IMG/VR virus record: IMGVR_UViG_3300025375_000020
Span: 1 to 25,830 of that record
DNA: 25,830 bases
Direction: 5' to 3' (one strand)
DNA from: a virus
Lineage: Duplodnaviria > Caudoviricetes
Part shown: in pieces, positions 7,674-15,048 of the stretch
How positions within the stretch are numbered: the stretch's first letter is position 1
Layout: each line of letters opens with the position of its first letter
Notes under the pieces: model-generated
Seen by the model: the letters and a program-made list of their open reading frames with translations, nothing else
What the model was told of the DNA's origin: nothing
Databases searched by the model: none
Program-made: the position numbers and the translations under genes

Positions 7674-8019
7674 AAAAATCTCCTATAGATGTTTCTATTA
7701 TATCACCTGTCGTTTTATTACGCAAGCGTATATGAGTATTTACAGAAAAACATTTTCCGATTTGGCGAGGACATTTAGTTATAACAAATCGATTGTCTTT
7801 AAAAACATTAAGCATCTCTTTTTGAAAGTCCCACATCTTAAATGGCATCAGCCCTTCATCGACGTTAACAATCTGCATATAATTTATGGCAAAGTATACA
7901 GGGTCTTTTGCACATTTCATATACTCTTCAACTTGTGCCTGAGTATAATTCAACTCTACACCAGCCCTCTTAAGGAGTGGGGAGTCTCTATAAGAGTCTT
8001 TTTTATCAAGTAGTGCCAT
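7621..8019 (-). CDS. terL: Terminase large subunit fragment 1: N-terminal extein + IntN-1
   Basis: gp17 N-terminus (EYMKCAKDPVYF, Q-motif WDFQKEM, Walker A PRQIGK), broken after Lys89 by a Cys-initiated intein segment. Confidence 0.93.
   Translation of the reverse strand: MALLDKKDSYRDSPLLKRAGVELNYTQAQVEEYMKCAKDPVYFAINYMQIVNVDEGLMPFKMWDFQKEMLNVFKDNRFVITKCPRQIGKCFSVNTHIRLRNKTTGDIIETSIGDFYDREKANILRKEQGKGS
7624..7752 (-). mobile_element. Split intein 1, IntN (43 aa, Cys1)
   Basis: CFSVNTHIRLRNKTTGDIIETSIGDFY... block A starts right after Walker A GK (TGT at 7752-7750). Confidence 0.88.
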
Positions 8020-8402
8020 TATTTATCACCTTCATATCCATGTGACCGAATTCTCTTAGTTTCATTCCCATTATTAGTTTTCTTTGTATTTTTCAGTTCA
8101 GCATGAGATATATTCTGATTGGAAGGGCTTAAGTGAAAAGTTGCATGATGTGTAGTCCCCTCGTTATCTTTTGCATTTGATGCCACATCCACAGAATGCC
8201 TTCCAAATTCATCTTTATTATGTCTATAAAAAATGTTTCCATTGTGTAAAATGTTATGGTTTTCAATGGATTTGTGATAATCGTGGCTTACTAACTTAGA
8301 TAATGCTTTTTTATGTATATGATCAAGTAAGTTTGTGTGATTAATCCAACCCGTTGTGGATTCTGTTGAACTTTCGTTGATGAAGTCTTTGAATTTTTTC
8401 AT
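8019..8402 (-). CDS. His-rich hypothetical protein with a capsid-targeting-like N-terminus (putative internal head protein)
   Basis: Starts MKKFKDFINE, resembling the T4 internal-protein targeting peptide MKTYQEFIAE; 14/127 His; TAATG stop/start overlaps with both neighbours. Confidence 0.55.
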   Translation of the reverse strand: MKKFKDFINESSTESTTGWINHTNLLDHIHKKALSKLVSHDYHKSIENHNILHNGNIFYRHNKDEFGRHSVDVASNAKDNEGTTHHATFHLSPSNQNISHAELKNTKKTNNGNETKRIRSHGYEGDK

Positions 8403-8830
8403 TATTTATTACCCTTAATCAATTTTGCCAACTCTGATGTAGAACCCACAAATATTGCTTTATCAATAGTAGTACCACCAGAATTTTTAGCATTCTTATC
8501 CATATCGCGCATTTGTTTTTGTACTGCCAATAGTTCTTTATTAGCACCTACAATGTTCTTGAGCATTGCAGAGTAAACTTCAAATGCTTTAGGATTCTCT
8601 GATTCTTTGGCTATTCGAAGAACATCTTCTAATGCTTCTTTACCATTATCAATCAATTCCTGTAGATTATCTTTAGTCTGTTCATATGCATCACTCAAAT
8701 CTTTTGTTAGATCAAGTGAAGTATTGGATGATAATGTTTCAGATAATGTTTCACGTGGAACAATTAATGATGTTATTTTAGTTGGCTCAATATCAAAGAT
8801 ATCTTCCATTGATTTATCAAATTTGCTCAT
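8402..8830 (-). CDS. gp16: Terminase small subunit gp16
   Basis: Helical core YEQTKDNLQELIDNGKEAL...PKAFEV and C-terminal AIFVGSTSELAKLIK; position between gp15 and gp17. Confidence 0.85.
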   Translation of the reverse strand: MSKFDKSMEDIFDIEPTKITSLIVPRETLSETLSSNTSLDLTKDLSDAYEQTKDNLQELIDNGKEALEDVLRIAKESENPKAFEVYSAMLKNIVGANKELLAVQKQMRDMDKNAKNSGGTTIDKAIFVGSTSELAKLIKGNK

Positions 8831-8834
8831 AATG

Positions 8835-9806
8835 TTATTCTGTTATTTTAGTTGTGTATGTATATGAACTATTTGCATTAGCAGTCAATGGATTTGGTGT
8901 AATAACAATTTTTGATAGTTCTATTGGAATTATGTTATATGAGTTGAACAACCATTCTGCATTACTGGCCGAACTTATGATAGGCAACGATGATATAAAA
9001 TTACCCAAAGCATTTGTAACGGTAAGTTGCTTATTTGATAAATTCCAATTAACAACAGTAGCTGACGCTGTTGATAGCAAAGGAGATTGTCCTTGGTATA
9101 CAATTTCGCCAACAGTAAAGTTTCCAATTCCACCAGTTGACACATTAAAAACTATATTCTGTGTTGGTGTTATATTATTATATATGTTTGTTATTGAAGT
9201 TCTTATTAAGCCTATGGGTGAATCTGCACCAAATATAAACCCCTTAAGTGTAAAGTTGAGTGTCCATATGATTACTCTGGTGTCTGAATTTCTATCTCCA
9301 TCATCATCAATCGTAAATTCCGTGTTGTTCAAAATGATGGGAACTTCTTTAACTATTCCCATTTCGGGAATCATGTTAATTTTTATCGTGTAATCTGGGG
9401 TAAAATATGGTAAAATATGTTCTATTATTTGATGACCATCTTCAAGGTTTCTCACCATTAGATATAAAGAAAAATCAAAGTTGTATGGAACTGGCATGTA
9501 TTGTGCCGATGTAACTGAACCAGATTGTGAAAAGTTTTGTATATTAGTATTTTGCTTTCTTGTCGCATCATACTTTAGACCGTTCATTTCATATGCCATT
9601 CTCGGTAATGTTACTTGAACTTTTTTATCTAGGTCTGGATCACCTTCAAGTCGTTTTACATACTTTTCTTTATTGGCAAAAGATATAGGAACCATAAACC
9701 TCTCTTGCTCTGTTCCATCTGGATTATATCTTACTAGTGGAATATTAGAAAACATTTCACCAAACGCAATAGTAAACTTGCGGATCATCTGGTTATTTGT
9801 GGACAT
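8835..9806 (-). CDS. gp15: Tail sheath stabilizer/completion protein gp15 with C-terminal extension
   Basis: IAFGEMF, VPISFA, TLPRMAYEM, YDATRK, PVPYNFDF, QIIEHILPYFTP and WTLNFTLKG motifs. Confidence 0.93.
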   Translation of the reverse strand: MSTNNQMIRKFTIAFGEMFSNIPLVRYNPDGTEQERFMVPISFANKEKYVKRLEGDPDLDKKVQVTLPRMAYEMNGLKYDATRKQNTNIQNFSQSGSVTSAQYMPVPYNFDFSLYLMVRNLEDGHQIIEHILPYFTPDYTIKINMIPEMGIVKEVPIILNNTEFTIDDDGDRNSDTRVIIWTLNFTLKGFIFGADSPIGLIRTSITNIYNNITPTQNIVFNVSTGGIGNFTVGEIVYQGQSPLLSTASATVVNWNLSNKQLTVTNALGNFISSLPIISSASNAEWLFNSYNIIPIELSKIVITPNPLTANANSSYTYTTKITE

Positions 9807-10690
9807 TATAATCCTCCAAGTGGGTTATATTCGGAAGTATTGATTATGCCCTGTGAAACTGTTTGAATTGTTTCATTGTCATACATTTCTTTTTTGGCGG
9901 GTGAATTTAATGGGTCAAAAGAAGACAAGAAATACTGTGCATTACTTGTCTGTCCAATTATAGCCATATTATCGACAAATTCACCAAAAATATTTGTTAT
10001 TGATAATTCATTAGTCAAAGGCAACCATTCCTGCACTGTTCCGTATGCATATGCATTAGACAACGTATTGTCATTAGATTGAAATGCGATCTCCGTTATG
10101 GTATAATTTCCAGAACCAACCCCAGTATTAAGATGAAGTGTGTATCCAGAATCCGTAACAATTGAATCAATATCATCAATGCCAGTGTCTATGACTTCTT
10201 GAGAATAACGGAATTTCTCTAGTTCAAGTTCATAAAAATATGGAACAGTTCTACCCAACATGAAATAGTCTTTATTCTGGTTACAAAATTTGATTTCATA
10301 CAATTCTCCCGTACCATTTAAAAATGGTACATAGATTAAATCACCTTCTCTTGGGCGAGTAAATGTGTCTTGTGGAACTCTTTGTGTAAATGTTCTTTTG
10401 GATACTATTACGCTTACTTGGTTCTTAATTTCTAACCCAAATTTAGAAAACATTTCTCTTTCACCATTATAATCAGTGGCGTTAGAAAGATACATTTCAA
10501 GTTGGAATGCCGATTCAAATTTCTTAAGAGGGTCTTCTCCAAATAATAAATCTCTTGCGGCGTCATTTGTATTTGGTAGGTAATAGCAATCAAATCCCAT
10601 AATTTTTATGGATTCGACAATCAAATCTTCAACAAGTCTTTGCTCAGTGTGTTTAGAGTTGTAATTATTGAAATATTTACTTGTAGCCAT
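9806..10690 (-). CDS. gp14: Neck protein gp14
   Basis: EQRLVEDLIVESIKIMG, LFGED, SKFGLEI and RPREGDLIYVP motifs; synteny. Confidence 0.93.
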   Translation of the reverse strand: MATSKYFNNYNSKHTEQRLVEDLIVESIKIMGFDCYYLPNTNDAARDLLFGEDPLKKFESAFQLEMYLSNATDYNGEREMFSKFGLEIKNQVSVIVSKRTFTQRVPQDTFTRPREGDLIYVPFLNGTGELYEIKFCNQNKDYFMLGRTVPYFYELELEKFRYSQEVIDTGIDDIDSIVTDSGYTLHLNTGVGSGNYTITEIAFQSNDNTLSNAYAYGTVQEWLPLTNELSITNIFGEFVDNMAIIGQTSNAQYFLSSFDPLNSPAKKEMYDNETIQTVSQGIINTSEYNPLGGL

Positions 10691-10691
10691 G

Positions 10692-11261
10692 TTATGTACA
10701 CACTTCCATATGAAATCTTCTTATATGTGCGGCCATTCCAGCACCCTTACTATATAGTTTATCACAAAAATTGCAAGAAACTTTTTCATGCAATTTTCCG
10801 GTTTTTGATATTCTCATTTTTTCTTTGGTATCTAAACTAAAAACTCTACCAATTAGTTTGTTTCTAGTCTTTTGTTTACTTTCTTCACTGTGCTTAGTTC
10901 CAAATCTATTATTTTTATCACCTTGTTTCAGTTTACTCATTTTTAACTTAGAGTCTTCCGAAAATTTCCAACCAGAAGCACCATCCCCACCGTCTGTATT
11001 GTTTATTAGTAACCCACCTCCCGCATTTTTTCTACCATACCATGAAATGTATCTTCTTTCTAATGCAAACGCACCAAGTTCAGACAAATTAGCTTCCATT
11101 ATAACAATATTGAATTTATTTTTAGGTGGTCTATGTTTTTTGCAACTGTGCCACGCTCTTTTTTTGATACCTTTTCCAATATAATACGGGGTTCCATTTT
11201 CTCGCAACCACGCATAAATGTAAAATTCTGGCGGGATATTAGTTTCACTGTAGCTATACAT
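10692..11261 (-). CDS. Free-standing GIY-YIG homing endonuclease with NUMOD3 repeats and C-terminal zinc finger (Seg-like)
   Basis: FYIYAW...PYYIGKG, LE..YI..YGR and NNTDGGDG; three xSEE/DxKxKM-type NUMOD3-like motifs; CNFC...H....H. Start placed at the ATG at 11261 because the AGGAG lies at 11275-11279; the track extends the ORF to 11324. Confidence 0.88.
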   Translation of the reverse strand: MYSYSETNIPPEFYIYAWLRENGTPYYIGKGIKKRAWHSCKKHRPPKNKFNIVIMEANLSELGAFALERRYISWYGRKNAGGGLLINNTDGGDGASGWKFSEDSKLKMSKLKQGDKNNRFGTKHSEESKQKTRNKLIGRVFSLDTKEKMRISKTGKLHEKVSCNFCDKLYSKGAGMAAHIRRFHMEVCT

Positions 11262-11330
11262 ACAAATATTGATACTCCTGTTTAGTATTAAAGTCCTTCG
11301 GTGTTGACGTACCAAGAAGGACACTTTTGT

Positions 11331-11339
11331 ATTATACCA
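11331..11339 (-). promoter_or_regulatory. Extended -10 sigma70-type element (TGGTATAAT) upstream of the GIY-YIG gene
   Basis: Exact TGnTATAAT immediately after the gp13 stop codon. Confidence 0.5.
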
Positions 11340-12113
11340 CTAGTTCATTTGGAATTCGAGTATTCCCCCAAAATTTGTTTCCATTTCATGGTGCAATTGA
11401 TCAATTTCTACGGTGGCTTCATCAAATATTTCTTGACCACTGAGTGTTACGCCACCCGGTAGTTGAATGTTTTTATGTTTTTTCATGTTAGTTCCCCATT
11501 GCCTTTTTATCAAAGCAGTTGAATAACCTTTTAAAAATCTATCATTCCAAACATTTGGGTATTTTGTTGGGTCTACATTTCCATAACACTCCATGATAAC
11601 AACTTGACCAACAATAACGCTATAATCGTTCCATCCCCAATCAATATACAATCTTTGCATAGCCCTATTCCAACGAATCTGTTGTTCACCAGAAAACATT
11701 TGCTCCAAACTTCGAAGATGTTGCATGGTCATAGTGTAATTAATATAACTTGCCGATGTAAAATCATACAATTCGTTTAATCGCAATTGATATCTTAAGT
11801 CAAACATTGAAACCGAGGCTTGTGAATCGGTCAATGGAAATATTCTAGTAACGCCTATAATCTCAACCCCATCACCATCAGAATCTGTAGCTTGCAAGGC
11901 ATCAAGCCACATATTGTTAATATCATTTTGTGTTATTTTATGAATCCAATAAAACTTCTGAGTTCCTTCATTATGGCAATCTTGCCAATATTGTATAGCA
12001 TCATCAATTCTATCATCAACCTGATCAGGATCAACGTTAATTTCGATCACAGGAGCGCCCAATCTACGGAGACAATAGTCGGTAAATTCTTCTCTGCTTT
12101 TTAATGCTGCCAT
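11340..12113 (-). CDS. gp13: Neck protein gp13
   Basis: YCLRRLGAPVIEINVD, ALIKRQWGTNM and LPGGVTLSG motifs. Start moved to MAALKS at 12113 (AAGGA 5 nt upstream). Confidence 0.93.
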   Translation of the reverse strand: MAALKSREEFTDYCLRRLGAPVIEINVDPDQVDDRIDDAIQYWQDCHNEGTQKFYWIHKITQNDINNMWLDALQATDSDGDGVEIIGVTRIFPLTDSQASVSMFDLRYQLRLNELYDFTSASYINYTMTMQHLRSLEQMFSGEQQIRWNRAMQRLYIDWGWNDYSVIVGQVVIMECYGNVDPTKYPNVWNDRFLKGYSTALIKRQWGTNMKKHKNIQLPGGVTLSGQEIFDEATVEIDQLHHEMETNFGGILEFQMN

Positions 12114-12114
12114 A

Positions 12115-12231
12115 CTATTCCTTATCCCTATTTTCAGGTTTCTTTTTAGAATCCGAAATGCCCCACCCACAATACTCCATCATTTCACCATAAATTACAT
12201 TCCACATAATATAAGAAGAATATATCAGCAT
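12115..12231 (-). CDS. Putative 38-aa microprotein
   Basis: MLIYSSYIMWNVIYGEMMEYCGWGISDSKKKPENRDKE*; fills the gap exactly, with TAA-T-ATG and TAG-T-ATG junctions. Confidence 0.45.
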   Translation of the reverse strand: MLIYSSYIMWNVIYGEMMEYCGWGISDSKKKPENRDKE

Positions 12232-12232
12232 A

Positions 12233-12934
12233 TTACACCGATGTTACGGTTTGCCATGCTGTGCTATTCGCCACACACATTTTACCAAGTGTAATATCAA
12301 ACACCATCAACCCAGCCACTGGCACAATAGCTGTCTTTTGCACTGTAGTCATATTTGGTAAACGCACACCCTTAGTGGTAGACTGTACATCCAACAATGC
12401 GTAAGTATTGGCATCTGCTCCACCAAGAGACATGTTACCATTATTAATAATAGATAACACATTTGATGGGGTTATAGAATTATTTGCGGTAATCTGAATT
12501 AGAAATTTACCCGGAGCGGATGTTTGTGTAATAGCGGTATTTTGCACATTACCATCTGTCATGATACGAATTGCACCAAAAGTCTTATAATCATTACCAG
12601 CAGTACCGGTAGAAATGATAGAAGTTAGATATTGATTGTTGGTAACGTTAACGTGTGTGTAATCATCAGAATTTGATCTAAATGTTATGAATGATGGTTC
12701 ATAAGTTGTGGAGTGTCTATGCATGGCAAAATTCGTATTAGTATTTGCACCAATATCAGAATTCATTTCCACGCCAAAATAAGTTACCCCATTATTTACA
12801 AATCCGTTATACTCCATTCCAAAGTTTCCCATTTCTGCCTGACCAACTGATACGCCAGCAGAATCCTGAAACGCCATTGAACCTAAGTCTGAATTTGTTG
12901 AAACCTGATTTGGTCCTGATCCTAGTAATCCCAT
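12233..12934 (-). CDS. Fibre-like structural protein
   Basis: Beta-rich; C-terminal ALLDVQSTTKGVRLPNMTT...GLMVFD...WQ motif seen in phage fibre-type proteins; context. Confidence 0.5.
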   Translation of the reverse strand: MGLLGSGPNQVSTNSDLGSMAFQDSAGVSVGQAEMGNFGMEYNGFVNNGVTYFGVEMNSDIGANTNTNFAMHRHSTTYEPSFITFRSNSDDYTHVNVTNNQYLTSIISTGTAGNDYKTFGAIRIMTDGNVQNTAITQTSAPGKFLIQITANNSITPSNVLSIINNGNMSLGGADANTYALLDVQSTTKGVRLPNMTTVQKTAIVPVAGLMVFDITLGKMCVANSTAWQTVTSV

Positions 12935-12958
12935 ATATAATTCCTTTTATTTTGGCTA

Positions 12959-13279
12959 TTACGCCCAAATCCTATATGGATTTGCTGGAGAATTGATTCT
13001 AATAATTGCAATACCGTCTTCTTGATCTGTTGTTAGATTTGCGCGTAAGTTTGCATGAATACCTTCAATTGGTGCTTGTTCTGGATATGAAAATGTCGTG
13101 CCATCGTCTGAAGTTTGCGTAATAGTATTTCCAGTGGGCTTATGCACAGTTCCAATAAAATCTAATGCATACGGTGGCTTTGCGTAATACGTACCATCAT
13201 TTTTCATGACAATATCAACAGACTGAAGTGTTGTGTATAATTCGTCTGCTGTGTTCGCTTTTAAGAAATAATCTGACAT
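12959..13279 (-). CDS. Hypothetical fibre-associated protein
   Basis: Good RBS and own late promoter; LDFIG..HKPTG, G.HANLR and P..PYR.WA motifs; directly downstream of the fibre paralogs. Confidence 0.5.
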   Translation of the reverse strand: MSDYFLKANTADELYTTLQSVDIVMKNDGTYYAKPPYALDFIGTVHKPTGNTITQTSDDGTTFSYPEQAPIEGIHANLRANLTTDQEDGIAIIRINSPANPYRIWA

Positions 13280-13304
13280 TTTTTTAAATCCTTTATCTGT
13301 TTAC

Positions 13305-13312
13305 TATTTATA
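13305..13312 (-). promoter_or_regulatory. T4 late promoter TATAAATA
   Basis: Exact consensus, intergenic, 25 nt upstream of the ATG at 13279. Confidence 0.78.
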
Positions 13313-14653
13313 CTATGCTGTCAATGCTTGTAAAGTTTGATCAGGTAGTCTTATGTTGTAATATGTTACATTTCTAATGTGGCCGTTTAGATAATATAAA
13401 TTTGCATCTGCCACACCTATATAAAGTGTTGGCGATGGTGCCGAAAATACTTGTAGTCCACCAGTTGTTATGGCAGAACCATCTTTTGCAAATCCTAATC
13501 CATTTTGACTACCATATGCAATTGATATTTTGTGTGTTTGTCCCTGAGTTAATGTAGAAAGATCAAACCCTATGGTAGAACTTGCTGCAATATAAAGTCT
13601 TTGTGATGTTCGTATGGATAGTTTATTGTTACCATCTTGATACAGGTCCATAAATGATGCTTGTCCACCTGCACCAACAAATTGATCCCCTTCAGCAAAA
13701 AATGTTCCTTGTGATTGATTCCACCACGTATTAATGTTAATACCACTCATAAGAGCAATATCCGATGTTCTTGTTGCGGCTGCTGTTGTTGTTGGAATAT
13801 ATGATGTAGCAGATGGTCCTATTTCTAGTTGAGCACCATCTACATTTAGTCCCAATAATCCGGTGCCAACAAAAGCTGGATTATTAGAATCCATGTTATT
13901 GATGAATATTGCACCAGATGCGGTTGTATATGCGGCAGTATATGTAATACTAACTCTCCACCATCCGTTGCCTACATTTGTTGATGATCTGCTTATATAT
14001 GTACCTGCAGTATAAACACCAAATGATCCAGTAACAACATTGAATGAAAAATATCCTGTTCCAATAATATCCTGTCCAAATAAAATCCAAGTAGCACCGG
14101 TACTTTTTACATATGCGGAAAATGTGTATATTGTTGATAATGTAACTACAGAGGTTCCCGAAATCAAATGTGCAATTGATCCAGATACCGTATCAATTAA
14201 CTTACTTGCGCCATTAATAGAACCATCAACCCCAATTTGATCATGTGTGGCCGTAACAGTGCGGTTTGTCCAAGCACTCTGAGTTAAATCTCTACTATAC
14301 GTCAATAAGTTAGTCCGAGACTCTTCAATCAACAAGCCCAAAGATTTACCAGTCACTGGATCATATTCAAATCTAGGAACATTAATTCCAGCCGTACTCA
14401 ACACTCCAAACTGATTTATATAAGTGCCCGTAGAGGCTCTAGAAAAAGTAATTCTAGGGTCTAATTTACCTTTAGTAAAATCCAACTTCAATGCTGGCTT
14501 AACACTTGGTCTATTATACCCAGCAATATCAGGCACTTTACCAGACACTAATCCTGCCAGAGTAGTGTTCATTTGAGTGTTGGTTAATGGTAGTCCAGTG
14601 GTTACTATATTATTAGCTAAATCACCTGCACTTCGCGTATAGATCGTAGTCAT
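13313..14653 (-). CDS. Modular fibre/spike-like protein paralog A (one carbohydrate-binding-like module + LamG/ConA-like C-terminus)
   Basis: LDF...LDPRITFSRASTGTY, PRFEYDP...GLLIEESRTNLL, GNGWWR, GAQLE, SYIPTT...TR..D and LNGHIR..TYY motifs shared with three neighbours. Confidence 0.65.
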   Translation of the reverse strand: MTTIYTRSAGDLANNIVTTGLPLTNTQMNTTLAGLVSGKVPDIAGYNRPSVKPALKLDFTKGKLDPRITFSRASTGTYINQFGVLSTAGINVPRFEYDPVTGKSLGLLIEESRTNLLTYSRDLTQSAWTNRTVTATHDQIGVDGSINGASKLIDTVSGSIAHLISGTSVVTLSTIYTFSAYVKSTGATWILFGQDIIGTGYFSFNVVTGSFGVYTAGTYISRSSTNVGNGWWRVSITYTAAYTTASGAIFINNMDSNNPAFVGTGLLGLNVDGAQLEIGPSATSYIPTTTAAATRTSDIALMSGININTWWNQSQGTFFAEGDQFVGAGGQASFMDLYQDGNNKLSIRTSQRLYIAASSTIGFDLSTLTQGQTHKISIAYGSQNGLGFAKDGSAITTGGLQVFSAPSPTLYIGVADANLYYLNGHIRNVTYYNIRLPDQTLQALTA

Positions 14654-14658
14654 TTAGA

Positions 14659-15048
14659 TTACCCAATAAACCAACTCACACCATCACTCCACACTGGCAC
14701 TTTAAACGCACCAGAACCCACCACAACCGTTCCCCAAGTGTTCGCTGTAGCGTCGGTCACAAATGATCTGGAACCGATCAGAACAGACGGCAGATTAGCC
14801 ACTGTACTCGGTGACGATATGGTGATAGTATTAGCCACTGCTAACTTACCTAGCGTATATGTAATACCAACATCACCAACAAGAGTACCACCAGAATTGT
14901 AAATAACTTGGTTAGATGCTCCTGCAGTCTTTAGCGCAGCAATGGCAGAAGTAGTTACACCATAGTTAGTACCTCCAGTAACTACAGGAACAATTTCAGA
15001 ACCTGTTAAAGTGATTGATGGTAATGCTGAGATTTTTGTATTGGGCAT
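14659..15048 (-). CDS. Short fibre-like structural protein
   Basis: N-terminal TKISALP motif typical of fibre N-termini; C-terminal FVTDA...VPVWSDG..W.IG; Gly/Thr-rich. Confidence 0.5.
   Translation of the reverse strand: MPNTKISALPSITLTGSEIVPVVTGGTNYGVTTSAIAALKTAGASNQVIYNSGGTLVGDVGITYTLGKLAVANTITISSPSTVANLPSVLIGSRSFVTDATANTWGTVVVGSGAFKVPVWSDGVSWFIG

Noticed and set aside
4530-8019. terL as a pseudogene, frameshift artefact or group I intron-interrupted gene
   Set aside because: Each break has intact intein N- or C-terminal motifs and its own RBS/start, exteins join seamlessly at protein level, and there is no non-coding space for an intron core.
12114-12170. Extended gp13 N-terminus (MGGAFR...) from the ORF track
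   Set aside because: gp13 similarity and a good RBS point to the ATG at 12113.
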